Below, one piece after another: positions 7,852 through 18,305 of a stretch of 64,000 nt of DNA. Below the pieces are notes generated by a model. That model searched no databases. It saw only the letters and a program-made list of their open reading frames with translations, and was not told the DNA's origin. Origin of the DNA: Alistipes sp. (GTDB lineage Bacteria > Bacteroidota > Bacteroidia > Bacteroidales > Rikenellaceae); assembly GCA_045633525.1 (NCBI GenBank), contig JAZQYM010000014.1:322-64321 (forward strand), in the 5' to 3' direction. Both the position numbers and the translations under genes were made by a program. Within the stretch, counting starts at the first letter, position 1. Each line of letters starts with the position of its first letter.

Positions 7852-9438
7852 ATGAAGATAGCATTAGCTCAGCTCAATTACACCGTTGGCGATATCAAGG
7901 CCAACAGTGAGAAGATTATCACTGCAATCAACAACGCTAAGGAGGCAGGTGCTGACCTTGTGGTGTTTGCAGAGTTTGCAGTGTCTGGAACTCCAGCTTA
8001 CGGACTTCTAACCAAGACAACATTCCTAACCATTTGCGAGGAGGCTGTGGAGAACATTGCCTCAAAGTGTAAGGGTATCGCCGCTATTGTCGGTACGCCA
8101 TACCTTACCGTAGAGGGCCCTATCAGTGCTGCTGCCTATATCGATGGCAAGGGTAATGTCGAGTATATTGGCAAGCGTCATGTGACTGCGCGCCGCGAGA
8201 TGGGTTACATCGTTGGCTCCTCAATCGGCAGTCACAACATCACCATTGGTGACGAGACCTTGAATGTGGTTGTGGGCGACGACCTTAGTTACATGGAGGA
8301 TGTAGACGAAGCTGTGGATCTCGTAATTTCGGTAAATTCGCGTCGCTACGGCAAGGGTATCCTATCGCGCCGTTTTGACAAGGTTAGCCGTTTAGCATTT
8401 AGCGAGGGTAAGCCTCTTGTAATCGTTAACCAGGTTGGTGGCTCGGGTAACATCGTCTACGATGGTACATCGGGCGTGTTGGATAACGAGGGTCATCTTG
8501 TATTGTTGCTTAAGAGCTTCCAGGAGGATATGCAGATATTCGACACTAAGGCTGAGAACAAGTCTTTCGAGGTGCCTTTCACATCCTACAAGGATCGTAC
8601 TCGTATGATTTACGAGGCTGCTTGCTTGGGTCTTCGCGACTACTTCCACAAGAATGGTTATCGCAAGGCGTGTGTGGGTCTCTCGGGTGGTATCGACTCA
8701 TCTGTAGTAGCCTGCTTGGCTGTAGGTGCTTTGGGTAAGGAGAATGTTCGTGTGCTCCTTATGCCATCGCCATTTACCCCTAACGATAGCGTTGAGGATG
8801 CAAAGAAGCTTGCCGAGAATCTTGGTGTGGAGTATAGCGTATTGCCAATTATCGAGGCTTACAACGCTATGGTGGCTACATTGCAGCCTGTAATCGGTGG
8901 TACTGAGTTTGATGCTACTGAGGAGAATATCCAGACTCGTATTCGTACAACGATGCTTATGGCATTGCAGAATAAGACGGGTTATATGTTGCTTAACTCG
9001 TCAAATAAGAGCGAGAACGCTCTCGGTTGGTGTACCCTCTATGGCGATACTGCTGGTACATTCAGCCCTACAGGTGATTTGTACAAGGGTGAGATCTACG
9101 ACTTGGCTCGATATATCAACTCGGCATTTGGTGATGTTATTCCAGATGCTATCATCAACAAGGAGCCATCGTCGGAGTTGCGCCCAGACCAGAAGGATAG
9201 CGACTACTTGCCTCACTACGAGGTTATCGATGCAATCCTCTTCCGTATGATTGAGAAGAAGCAGCACCGTGAGGAGATTATCAACGCGGGCTTCGACTCG
9301 GCTGTGGTGGAGAAGATTCATAAGATGGTTATGGAGAACGAGAAGAAGCGCTATCAGTTCCCACCAGTGTTGCGCCTCTCACCTTGTGCCTTTGGTCACG
9401 AGTGGCTTATGCCATTGGTAAACCACTACTGCGACTAA
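7852..9438 (+). CDS. nadE: NAD+ synthase with N-terminal nitrilase-like domain
   Basis: KIALAQLN nitrilase start; SGGIDS, NKSE, TLYGD and PSSELRPDQKD motifs. Confidence 0.92.
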   Translation: MKIALAQLNYTVGDIKANSEKIITAINNAKEAGADLVVFAEFAVSGTPAYGLLTKTTFLTICEEAVENIASKCKGIAAIVGTPYLTVEGPISAAAYIDGKGNVEYIGKRHVTARREMGYIVGSSIGSHNITIGDETLNVVVGDDLSYMEDVDEAVDLVISVNSRRYGKGILSRRFDKVSRLAFSEGKPLVIVNQVGGSGNIVYDGTSGVLDNEGHLVLLLKSFQEDMQIFDTKAENKSFEVPFTSYKDRTRMIYEAACLGLRDYFHKNGYRKACVGLSGGIDSSVVACLAVGALGKENVRVLLMPSPFTPNDSVEDAKKLAENLGVEYSVLPIIEAYNAMVATLQPVIGGTEFDATEENIQTRIRTTMLMALQNKTGYMLLNSSNKSENALGWCTLYGDTAGTFSPTGDLYKGEIYDLARYINSAFGDVIPDAIINKEPSSELRPDQKDSDYLPHYEVIDAILFRMIEKKQHREEIINAGFDSAVVEKIHKMVMENEKKRYQFPPVLRLSPCAFGHEWLMPLVNHYCD

Positions 9439-9454
9439 ATAGGCCCCCAAGAGG

Positions 9455-9871
9455 ATGAGTTCTACCTTGCAACATAGAGGTGTGGTTACGCGTGTTGAGG
9501 CTCAGACTGTTGTCGTGAGTGTCGTGGCGCAGAGCGCTTGCGCAGGGTGCCATGCTAAGGGTATATGTGGCGAGAGTGGTGCGGAGCGTGTGATTGTTGT
9601 TAAAACCTCTAACGCCTCGGAGTATAGCGTTGGCGAGAGTGTTGTGGTGGCACTGCAGAGGCAGTCTATGGCACTCGTGTCGGTGGTCTGGGGTTATGTA
9701 GTCCCTCTTGTAGTGTTGCTTGCGGTCTTGTTTGGCTCGGTATCACTCGGTCTATCGGATGGCATTGCGGCTCTTTCGACTATTTTGGCTGTCGTCATCT
9801 ATTATGTGGGGCTATATGTTGCTCGTAGAGTATTTGAACGAAAGATAGAATTTACAATTTTTAAGGAGTAA
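9455..9871 (+). CDS. rseC: RseC/MucC-family protein
   Basis: SACAGC motif plus two TMs, directly upstream of rnfB. Confidence 0.85.
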   Translation: MSSTLQHRGVVTRVEAQTVVVSVVAQSACAGCHAKGICGESGAERVIVVKTSNASEYSVGESVVVALQRQSMALVSVVWGYVVPLVVLLAVLFGSVSLGLSDGIAALSTILAVVIYYVGLYVARRVFERKIEFTIFKE

Positions 9872-10752
9872 TGAACACTTTAGTATTGACAGTCCTAACA
9901 CTTGGCGTGTTGGGTATTTTGCTTGCTGTCATCTTGTATTTCGTAGCACAGCGATTCAAGGTTGAGGAGGATCCTCGTATCGACGATGTGGAGAAGATGT
10001 TGCCTGGCGCAAACTGCGGTGGTTGTGGCTTTGCTGGTTGCCGTGCGATGTCTGAGGCGTTGGTTGGCAGAGATAATATCGCGTCGCTATACTGCCCTGT
10101 GGCTGGTGGCGATACTATGAAGGCTATTGCGAACTTCTTGGGAAAGGTTGCCCCAGAGAAGGAGCCTATGGTCGCTACAATGCGTTGCGGTGGTACTTGC
10201 GACAAGCGCCCTAAGGTTAATCACTACGATGGTGCGTTGAACTGCGCTGTGGTAAATACATTCTACGTTGGTGAGTCGGCTTGTGCCTTCGGTTGTATTG
10301 GCTATGGCGACTGTGTTCATGCTTGTTCATTTGGTGCGTTGAAGCTTAACTCTGAGACAGGTCTTGTGGAGGTTGATGCCGATAAGTGTACTGCTTGTGG
10401 CGCATGTGTTAAGGCTTGCCCTAAGGGTCTTATTGAGTTGCGTAAGAAGTGGCCTAAGAATAGAGCTATATATGTAGCTTGCCGTTCGAAGAACCGTGGT
10501 GCTGTGGTACTTAAGGCGTGCAAAGCAGGTTGTATCGGTTGTGGTAAGTGCGCTAAGGTGTGTGCCTTTGATGCTATCACCATCGAGAGCGACTTGGCAT
10601 ATATTGACTATGAGAAGTGTAAGTTGTGCCGTAAGTGCGTTAATGAGTGCCCTACAGGTGCAATTAAGATTGTGAATATGGATCCGCTACCAAAAGAGCC
10701 TAAAGTTGCTCCTGCGGTAAAGAGTGAAACTAAGGCTGAGGCAAATAAGTAG
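9871..10752 (+). CDS. rnfB: Rnf complex subunit B
   Basis: LPGANCGGCG and multiple 4Fe-4S motifs. Confidence 0.95.
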   Translation: MNTLVLTVLTLGVLGILLAVILYFVAQRFKVEEDPRIDDVEKMLPGANCGGCGFAGCRAMSEALVGRDNIASLYCPVAGGDTMKAIANFLGKVAPEKEPMVATMRCGGTCDKRPKVNHYDGALNCAVVNTFYVGESACAFGCIGYGDCVHACSFGALKLNSETGLVEVDADKCTACGACVKACPKGLIELRKKWPKNRAIYVACRSKNRGAVVLKACKAGCIGCGKCAKVCAFDAITIESDLAYIDYEKCKLCRKCVNECPTGAIKIVNMDPLPKEPKVAPAVKSETKAEANK

Positions 10753-10756
10753 TAAT

Positions 10757-12109
10757 ATGAAGACATTTCCAATAGGTGGTATTCACCCCAACGATAATAA
10801 AGAGTGGAGCAAGGATAAGGCTATCGAGGTATTGGAGTTGCCTGCAGAGGTGAGAATACCTATGATTCAGCATATCGGTGCGCCATCAACACCAGTAGTA
10901 AGTAAGGGCGATAAGGTGCTTGCAGGACAGCTTATTGGTCAGGCTGTAGGCTTCGTATCGGCAAATATTCATTCGCCAATCTCTGGTACTGTGACAGCTA
11001 TTGATGCTCTGCCTAATGGTCAGGGTCAGCGTAGAATGATGGTTGTTATCAAGCGCGAGGGCGATGAGTGGGTTGAGGGCGTAGATCTCTCGCCAGAGCT
11101 TAAGCGTGAGTGCGTACTCGAGCCCACAGAGATTATCGCAAAGATTAAGGATGCAGGTATCGTAGGTCTTGGTGGTGCGCAGTTCCCTACACACGTCAAG
11201 CTTACAATTCCTGAGGGTCAGAAGGCTGAGGTGTTGATTATCAACGGTGTAGAGTGCGAGCCCTACCTAACATCAGACTACCGCAATATGATCGAGCGTG
11301 GTGAGATGTTGCTTACTGGTGTGGAGATTACAATGCGTGCTTTGGGTGTTACACGCGCTATTATAGGCGTTGAGAATAATAAGCCAGATGCTATTGAGCA
11401 TCTTCGCAATATCATCAGTCGCGACAACTACCGCGGTATCGAGGTTATGCCGTTGAAGTTGCGTTACCCACAGGGTGGTGAGAAGCAGCTTATCGCAGCT
11501 GTAACTGGTCGTCAGGTGGCACCTCCACCAGCACTTCCAATCTCTGAGGGTGCTGTGGTGTGCAACGTCTCTTCGGCAATTGCAATCTATGAGGCTGTGC
11601 AGAAGAATAAGCCTTTGGTTGAGCGAGTAGTGACCGTTACGGGTAAGACACTTAAGTCTACGCATAACTACTTGGCTCGCTTCGGTACCTCGGTAAGTAG
11701 CCTTTTAGAGCTTGCAGGCGGTATTCCTGAGGAGGATGTTAAGATCTTGAATGGTGGTCCTATGATGGGTCGTGCTATTGTAGATGTTACGGCTCCACTT
11801 ATCAAGGGTTGCTCTGGTATCACCATTATCAGTGGTGCTGATGCTGCTCGAGGCAAGGAGATGTCTTGTATCAAGTGTGCAAAGTGTGTTGCTGCATGTC
11901 CTATGGGTCTTGAGCCATACTTGCTTTCTAAGTTGGCTAAGTTGCAGAAGTGGGATATGGCAGAGGAGCATAATACTGTAGATTGTATCGAGTGTGGCTG
12001 TTGTTCATACACTTGCCCATCGAATCTTCCGCTTTTGGACTATATCCGTATCGGTAAGCAGACCGTGATGACCAACATACGTGCGCGCGCGGTTGCGGAT
12101 AAAAAGTAG
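10757..12109 (+). CDS. rnfC: Rnf complex subunit C
   Basis: QHIGAP, GIVGLGGAQFPTHVK, ECEPY, YPQGGEK and CIECGCC motifs; start at MKTF. Confidence 0.95.
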   Translation: MKTFPIGGIHPNDNKEWSKDKAIEVLELPAEVRIPMIQHIGAPSTPVVSKGDKVLAGQLIGQAVGFVSANIHSPISGTVTAIDALPNGQGQRRMMVVIKREGDEWVEGVDLSPELKRECVLEPTEIIAKIKDAGIVGLGGAQFPTHVKLTIPEGQKAEVLIINGVECEPYLTSDYRNMIERGEMLLTGVEITMRALGVTRAIIGVENNKPDAIEHLRNIISRDNYRGIEVMPLKLRYPQGGEKQLIAAVTGRQVAPPPALPISEGAVVCNVSSAIAIYEAVQKNKPLVERVVTVTGKTLKSTHNYLARFGTSVSSLLELAGGIPEEDVKILNGGPMMGRAIVDVTAPLIKGCSGITIISGADAARGKEMSCIKCAKCVAACPMGLEPYLLSKLAKLQKWDMAEEHNTVDCIECGCCSYTCPSNLPLLDYIRIGKQTVMTNIRARAVADKK

Positions 12110-12141
12110 TACTAACGAGAATAAGATAAAAATATAATTAT

Positions 12142-13092
12142 ATGGCAACCAGAATTTTTGCTTCACCCTCACCACACATCCACGGAGGAGAGAGCACTCG
12201 CCGTATTATGGGCGATGTAGCCTTGGCGCTACTCCCAGCATTGGCAGTGTCGATATATATCCTCGGTATGCGTGCGCTCTTTATCACTGCTGTTGCGGTG
12301 GTTAGCTGTGTGGTGTTTGAGTATCTCATTAATCGCCTCTTTTTAAAGCGCGGATCTACCATTGGTGACCTCTCAGCAGTTGTTACCGGTCTGCTTCTTG
12401 CCTTCAATCTCCCAGTGGGTATTCCTTGGTGGATTGTTGTTATTGGCGCTTTGGTGGCAATAGGTATTGGTAAGATGACCTTCGGTGGTTTGGGCTGCAA
12501 CCCATTCAATCCTGCGCTTACGGGTCGTATCTTCTTGCTTATCTCCTACCCTGTGCAGATGACCGATTGGACTACAGGTGTGCCTGATGCACTCTCTGGT
12601 TCTACGCTGCTTGCTGAGGTTAAGTACAACCCTTCGATGCTCTCGGAGGTTGACTTCTTGCACATGTTTGGTGGTCACATGAATGGTTCGTTGGGTGAGA
12701 TTGGCTCGTTGGCGCTTATCCTCGGTGGTATCTACCTCTTGTGGCGTAAGGTTATCACATGGCATATTCCAGTTGCAGTATTAGGCACAATGGCAATCTT
12801 CGCCGCTTGTGTAGGTATTGGCAAGGGTGATTTGGTATATCAGCTTCCATTGTTCCACATCTTGGCTGGTGGTGCTTTGCTTGGTGCTATCTATATGGCT
12901 ACCGACTACTCGACTTCGCCAATGACACATAAGGGTATGATTATCTATGGTGTAGGTATCGGTCTTCTTACGATGATTATCCGTTTGTGGGGTGCCTATC
13001 CAGAGGGTATGTCGTTTGCGATATTCATTATGAATGCTGCGACACCTATTATAAATAAGTATTGTCGTCCTAAGCGCTTCGGCGTGAAATAA
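12142..13092 (+). CDS. rnfD: Rnf complex subunit D
   Basis: SPSPHIH, FGGLGCNPFNPAL, DALSGST and MATD motifs. Confidence 0.95.
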   Translation: MATRIFASPSPHIHGGESTRRIMGDVALALLPALAVSIYILGMRALFITAVAVVSCVVFEYLINRLFLKRGSTIGDLSAVVTGLLLAFNLPVGIPWWIVVIGALVAIGIGKMTFGGLGCNPFNPALTGRIFLLISYPVQMTDWTTGVPDALSGSTLLAEVKYNPSMLSEVDFLHMFGGHMNGSLGEIGSLALILGGIYLLWRKVITWHIPVAVLGTMAIFAACVGIGKGDLVYQLPLFHILAGGALLGAIYMATDYSTSPMTHKGMIIYGVGIGLLTMIIRLWGAYPEGMSFAIFIMNAATPIINKYCRPKRFGVK

Positions 13093-13102
13093 TCGGGAGA
13101 GT

Positions 13103-13804
13103 ATGAAGAGTTCACTACGAAATATGGTCATTGCGCTGTTTGTGATAACAGCGGTATCGGCGCTCCTTGTGGCTGTAGTCAACGACGTTACTAAGGGTGC
13201 TATCGAGCTTAGCCAGCAGCAGGCTAAGGATGCGGCAAAATATAAGGTGCTTGGCGTTACCTCTGAGGAGGCTATCGTGTTGGGCGATACTACATGCTGT
13301 ATCGGTGACTTTGAAGTTACTGTGAGCACCGTTGTGAGCAAGGCTGATAATTCAGTTGTAGGCTACGCTGTTGAAGCTCCAAGCATTACTAAGAGTGGTT
13401 ATGCAGATCGCATTACTCTTATGGTGGGTTTCAAGGAGCAGGATGGCGATGCTATTGTGAATAGTGTCGAGGTGCTATCGCAGAAGGAGACACCTGGTCT
13501 TGGTGCTAATATGACTAAGCCTGGTAATAGTCTTGAGCGAAGTGTTGTAGGTAAGGGCGCTTCGTCGCTAAAGTTCAGCGTCTCTAAGGAGGGTGGCTCG
13601 TTCGATGCCCTTACAGGCTCAACAATCTCCTCTCGTGCCTACGCTAACGCTGTGGAGACTGCCTACGCAGGTTATCTCTGGGCTATAGGTGCTTTGGATA
13701 CTACTGCCGAGGCTATTGAGGCAGCACCTTCAGGTGCATCAGTCTCATACGAGAATCTAACAAATGAGCCAGAGGCTCAGAAAGGAGAGCAGGATAATGA
13801 GTAA
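13103..13804 (+). CDS. rnfG: Rnf complex subunit G
   Basis: ETPGLG and DALTGSTISS FMN-binding motif. Confidence 0.92.
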   Translation: MKSSLRNMVIALFVITAVSALLVAVVNDVTKGAIELSQQQAKDAAKYKVLGVTSEEAIVLGDTTCCIGDFEVTVSTVVSKADNSVVGYAVEAPSITKSGYADRITLMVGFKEQDGDAIVNSVEVLSQKETPGLGANMTKPGNSLERSVVGKGASSLKFSVSKEGGSFDALTGSTISSRAYANAVETAYAGYLWAIGALDTTAEAIEAAPSGASVSYENLTNEPEAQKGEQDNE

Positions 13805-14378
13805 GCTTCAGATTATAACAAAGGGTATTCTTAAGGAGAACCCAACCTTTGTGCTTATCTTGGGTATGTGCCCTACGTTGGGTGTTACCTCGTCGGCAAT
13901 CAATGGTATGGGTATGGGTGTGGCTACTATGGCTGTACTTATTATGTCGAATATCGTGATTTCGTTGATTAAGAGCCTTATTCCCGATAAGGTGCGTATT
14001 CCAGCCTTTATCGTTGTCATCGCATCATTCGTGACTATTATCGAGATGCTTATGCAGGCATACCTCCCATCGTTGTATGCATCGTTGGGTGTATTTATTC
14101 CACTTATCGTGGTAAACTGTATTATCTTGGGTCGTGCCGAGGCCTTCGCTTCGAAGAATGGTGTCTTGGACTCAGCCCTTGATGGCATTGGTATCGGCTT
14201 GGGCTTTACTATCTCGCTTACGGCTATCGGTGCTGTGCGTGAAGCTATTGGCGCTGGTGCTATCTTCGGCTACTCATTTGCTGATGGTGTGACACCATTG
14301 TTGTTTATCCTTGCTCCAGGTGGTTTCTTGGTGCTTGGTTATTTGATGGTATTGTTTAACAAAGTAGCAAAACGATAA
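13797..14378 (+). CDS. rnfE: Rnf complex subunit E
   Basis: LGMCPTL and PLIVVNCIILGRAEAFA motifs. Confidence 0.95.
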   Translation: MSKLQIITKGILKENPTFVLILGMCPTLGVTSSAINGMGMGVATMAVLIMSNIVISLIKSLIPDKVRIPAFIVVIASFVTIIEMLMQAYLPSLYASLGVFIPLIVVNCIILGRAEAFASKNGVLDSALDGIGIGLGFTISLTAIGAVREAIGAGAIFGYSFADGVTPLLFILAPGGFLVLGYLMVLFNKVAKR

Positions 14379-14384
14379 ATCCCT

Positions 14385-15044
14385 ATGAATCTATTAGTTG
14401 CAGAGAATATTTCGAGCGAGGTGCTAAATGGCTTCGCCACAGGTAGCGTTAGCGTTCAGACCATTACGCTATTTGCCATCGTTATCGGTGCTATCTTTGT
14501 TAATAACGTGGTGCTCTCGCAGTTCCTTGGTATCTGCCCATTCCTCGGTGTCTCATCTAAGGTTGAGACCTCATTTGGTATGGGTATGGCTGTAACTTTC
14601 GTTATGGCGCTATCATCTGTAGTTACTTGGTGCTTGCAGCAGTATGTACTCGTACCTTTTGGTATCGAATATATGCAGACCATCACCTTTATCCTTGTTA
14701 TTGCTGCCCTTGTGCAGATGGTTGAGATTGTGCTTAAGAAGACCTCACCAGCCCTATATCAGGCTCTTGGTATCTTCCTTCCACTTATCACTACTAACTG
14801 CGCAGTGCTTGGTGTTGCTATTATCTCGGTGCAGAAGGATTTTGACCTTCTTACTGGCGTTATCTACTCGGTTGCTACCGCGCTTGGTTTTGCCCTTGCG
14901 CTAATCCTCTTTGCCGGTATCCGCGAGCGTCTCGAGGTTGAGGATACGCCTAACGCAATGCGTGGTGTACCTATTGCACTTATCGCAGCAGGACTTTTGG
15001 CGATGGCGTTTATGGGTTTTGCTAATGTGGTTCCCCTCCCATAA
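14385..15044 (+). CDS. rnfA: Rnf complex subunit A
   Basis: QFLGICPFLG and LPLITTNCAVLG motifs. Confidence 0.95.
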   Translation: MNLLVAENISSEVLNGFATGSVSVQTITLFAIVIGAIFVNNVVLSQFLGICPFLGVSSKVETSFGMGMAVTFVMALSSVVTWCLQQYVLVPFGIEYMQTITFILVIAALVQMVEIVLKKTSPALYQALGIFLPLITTNCAVLGVAIISVQKDFDLLTGVIYSVATALGFALALILFAGIRERLEVEDTPNAMRGVPIALIAAGLLAMAFMGFANVVPLP

Positions 15045-15136
15045 ATTTTCGTGATAGCGGCGCATCTGCGTCACATCTCTAAAATTATACCACTCAGGGC
15101 TGTAGGTCAACTACTATCCCTGAGTGGTCTCTTTTT
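15043..15136. repeat. Truncated copy (E4) of the long palindrome family; probably also a bidirectional terminator
   Basis: Left arm AATTTTCGTGATAG..CATCTGCGTCACATC and inner stem ACCACTCAGGG...CCCTGAGTGGT resemble 60413-60540; right arm missing. Confidence 0.7.
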
Positions 15137-15137
15137 A

Positions 15138-15386
15138 TTACTCCTCGTTAGTTATTATAAGCTTCTTGCTATTGACAAACTCGGGATCTTTCTCTGCCGT
15201 GATTACATCAATGCGAGGGGCATTTTGTGGCATTACCACCTTTAGCTCTGGTAGCTTCTTGCCGTCTGCCATCTGTGCGCTAACCTTCTTTGCGCCGCTC
15301 TCCTCTGTGGTTGCGGTCTTGTTCTCTTTCTGGTTGCCACCGCATCCAACCATTAGAAGTGTGGCAAGAATTAATACTCGTTTCAT
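15138..15386 (-). CDS. Small hypothetical lipoprotein
   Basis: MKRVLILATLLMVGC lipobox; start overlaps the ygiQ stop. Confidence 0.7.
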   Translation of the reverse strand: MKRVLILATLLMVGCGGNQKENKTATTEESGAKKVSAQMADGKKLPELKVVMPQNAPRIDVITAEKDPEFVNSKKLIITNEE

Positions 15387-17167
15387 CGTCGATACTTATT
15401 ATTACTCTTTTTAAACTTAGCATCTCGTTGTTGTGGCTTCGCCACTCGGCGCTTCTCCTCTGGGAGTGTGCCACCGAAGAAGTAGCTCTTCTGTCGTCGC
15501 TTATCCTCTTGTGTGCGTGCTACGTAGACCTCCTCGCCAGTGTATGGGTTGATGCCCGTGTAGAACATCACCGACGATAGAGTCATAGGTGTAGGTGTTA
15601 AGTCTTGAACCTGCTCGAGGTTGAAGTGTAGGCGACCGAGGACTTTATCTGCCAAGGCGCGCATATCGCGCTCCTCGCAGCCTGGGTGCGACGATATAAA
15701 GTATGGGATAAGTTGATACTTAAGCTCCTCCCTACGGCATATCTGCTGGAAGCGGCGATTCATATCCTCGAACATACTGAACGAGGGCTTACGCATAAGT
15801 TTCAACACGCGCTCCTCTGTATGCTCGGGTGCTACCTTCAAGCGACCCGAGGTGTGATACTTAACCACTGTCTCGAAGTATGGCGAGTCGTCGAATAAGT
15901 CGTAGCGGATACCACTGCCGATAAATGCTTTTTTGATGCCCTTGACCTCGCGAATCTTGCGATAGAGTTCGAGCAATGGGCGGTGGTCGTTATTCATATT
16001 TGGGCATAGCTTAGGGTGAAGGCACGATGGGCGCTTACAGCGCTTACATAATGCCTCGTCCTTGCCACGCATACGGTACATATTTGCCGATGGCGCACCA
16101 ATATCCGAGAGGTAACCCTTGAAGTCGGGCATCTGGCTCACGCGCTTAACCTCCTCAAGAATGGAGCGCTCCGAGCGAGAGTTGATAAACTTTCCCTGGT
16201 GTGCCGAGATGGTGCAGAAGGAGCAACCTCCGAAGCATCCGCGGTGGATGTTTATCGAGTGCTTGATCATCTCCCACGCAGGGATATCGCCCTTGCCCTT
16301 ATATCGTGGGTGTGGTGCGCGCTCGTATGGTAGGTCGAAGGAGTGGTCGAGCTCCTCGGTAGTGAGGGTCTCGTGTGGCGGTGTGATAACAACGTATCTA
16401 TCGCCACTCTGCTCCACAAGCGTGGTGTTGCACTCCATCATATTACTAAGAGTCTCTATCTCAGTAAAATTCTTGCCAAATTTTGTCTTGTCCTTAACAC
16501 ACTCCTCGTATGAGTTGAGCACAATGGTCTTGCCGTTATATAGTCGCTCCACATACTCCTTGTCGCACATAAAGCCTACTTGGCGAAGACCTCTAAGCAG
16601 CTTCATATTAAAGCCGTTGCGCATAGCCTTAGCAACCTCACGAATAGGCTTATCGCCCATGCCATACACCAGGAGGTCGGCACCCGAAGTCTCGAGGATT
16701 GAGCGCTGTAGCTTATCGCTCCAGTAGTCGTAGTGGGTCAAACGGCGTAGGGATGCCTCGATACCGCCCACAACAACTGGCGTGTGGGGGTATAGCTTCT
16801 TAAGAATCTTAGTATAGGTATCTACCGTGCGGTCGGGGCGGAAACCAGCCTTGCCACCAGCCGTATAGGCATCGTTTGAACGTAGGCGTAGGTTTGCAGT
16901 ATAGTGGTTGACCATAGAGTCCATAGCTCCAGCCGATACTGCAAAGAAGAGACGCGGCTTGCCCAACTTCTTAAAATCGCGAAGGTCGTCGCGCCAGTTA
17001 GGCTGTGGCACGATAGCAACACGATAGCCCTCAGCCTCGAGGATGCGACCTATAACAGCAGCACCAAAGGCGGGGTGGTCGATGTAGGCATCGCCCGTGA
17101 AGATTATGACATCGAGCTCGTCCCAGCCGCGAGCCTCAACCTCTTTGGTTGTTGTAGGTAGAAACAT
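15383..17167 (-). CDS. ygiQ: YgiQ-family radical SAM protein
   Basis: GDAYIDHP, GCFGGCSFC and LKVAPEH motifs. Confidence 0.92.
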   Translation of the reverse strand: MFLPTTTKEVEARGWDELDVIIFTGDAYIDHPAFGAAVIGRILEAEGYRVAIVPQPNWRDDLRDFKKLGKPRLFFAVSAGAMDSMVNHYTANLRLRSNDAYTAGGKAGFRPDRTVDTYTKILKKLYPHTPVVVGGIEASLRRLTHYDYWSDKLQRSILETSGADLLVYGMGDKPIREVAKAMRNGFNMKLLRGLRQVGFMCDKEYVERLYNGKTIVLNSYEECVKDKTKFGKNFTEIETLSNMMECNTTLVEQSGDRYVVITPPHETLTTEELDHSFDLPYERAPHPRYKGKGDIPAWEMIKHSINIHRGCFGGCSFCTISAHQGKFINSRSERSILEEVKRVSQMPDFKGYLSDIGAPSANMYRMRGKDEALCKRCKRPSCLHPKLCPNMNNDHRPLLELYRKIREVKGIKKAFIGSGIRYDLFDDSPYFETVVKYHTSGRLKVAPEHTEERVLKLMRKPSFSMFEDMNRRFQQICRREELKYQLIPYFISSHPGCEERDMRALADKVLGRLHFNLEQVQDLTPTPMTLSSVMFYTGINPYTGEEVYVARTQEDKRRQKSYFFGGTLPEEKRRVAKPQQRDAKFKKSNNKYRR

Positions 17168-17178
17168 ACTTACTAACT

Positions 17179-18258
17179 TTATATTTCGTCAAGGTCCATG
17201 CCTACAGCATCGGTGTAGGTGTCCCACTTCTGGAGCACAGCCTTTATATCCTCCGGAAGCTCCGATTCGAACTGCACATATTTACCCGTAGTAGGATGGT
17301 TGAAACCTAAGGCTCGGGCGTGCAGCGCCTGGCGTGGTACTAATTTAAAGCAGTTCTCGATAAACTGCTTATACTTCATAAATGTTGTGCCCTTAAGGAT
17401 GCGGTTGCCACCATAGCGCTCATCGTTGAAGAGTGGATGACCCTGCCATGACATGTGTACACGAATTTGGTGCGTACGACCAGTCTCGAGACGACACTCC
17501 ACAAGTGTTACGTAGCCGTAGCGACGAAGCACCTTGAAGTGCGTTACTGCATGTTTACCCTCCTCGCCATCAGGGAAGACAAACATCTGCATCCTATCCT
17601 TAGGGTTGCGACCGATATGACCTATGATAGTACCCTCGTCGTCGGCGATGTTACCCCATACAAGGGCTACATAGCGACGGTAGATTGTATGGTCGAAGAA
17701 CTGCTTTGCCAACGAGGCATGGGCGCGCTCGTTCTTAGCCACAACCAAGAGACCTGATGTATCCTTGTCGATACGGTGCACAAGACCTGCACGGGCGTTA
17801 CCCTCGCTAAACATCTCCAAGTCGCGCAAGTGGTAGGATAGCGCGTGCACCAGGGTGCCGCTATGGTTGCCCACACCAGGGTGTACCACCATACCCGCGT
17901 GCTTGTTTACAACGATGATATCGTCATCCTCGTAGACAATATCGAGCGGAATATTCTCGGGTACAATCTCATCCTTGCGTCTTGGGTATGGCAATACGAT
18001 AGAGATCTGGTCGAGAGGCTTGATCTTGTAGCTCGACTTCTGAGGCTTGCCGTTGACGATAATATTTCCGCCATCGGCAGCGGTCTGTATGCGGTTGCGA
18101 GAGGTGTTCTCGAGTCGAATGGTAAGGTACTTATCGAGACGCATCATCGACTGACCCTTATCCACCGTTACGGCAAAGTGCTCATACATCTCCTCGTTTT
18201 CGTTCTCGTCGCACTCAATATCTGCCGTGACTATCTGTTCATCTATATATTTTTCCAT
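17179..18258 (-). CDS. rluD: RluA-family 23S rRNA pseudouridine synthase (S4 plus catalytic domain)
   Basis: HRIDKDTSGLL and GRTHQIRVH motifs. Confidence 0.9.
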   Translation of the reverse strand: MEKYIDEQIVTADIECDENENEEMYEHFAVTVDKGQSMMRLDKYLTIRLENTSRNRIQTAADGGNIIVNGKPQKSSYKIKPLDQISIVLPYPRRKDEIVPENIPLDIVYEDDDIIVVNKHAGMVVHPGVGNHSGTLVHALSYHLRDLEMFSEGNARAGLVHRIDKDTSGLLVVAKNERAHASLAKQFFDHTIYRRYVALVWGNIADDEGTIIGHIGRNPKDRMQMFVFPDGEEGKHAVTHFKVLRRYGYVTLVECRLETGRTHQIRVHMSWQGHPLFNDERYGGNRILKGTTFMKYKQFIENCFKLVPRQALHARALGFNHPTTGKYVQFESELPEDIKAVLQKWDTYTDAVGMDLDEI

Positions 18259-18305
18259 CTATCAAATTTAGGTTATTCCTCCTGCTCTTTTGCAGCATTG
18301 CCATT

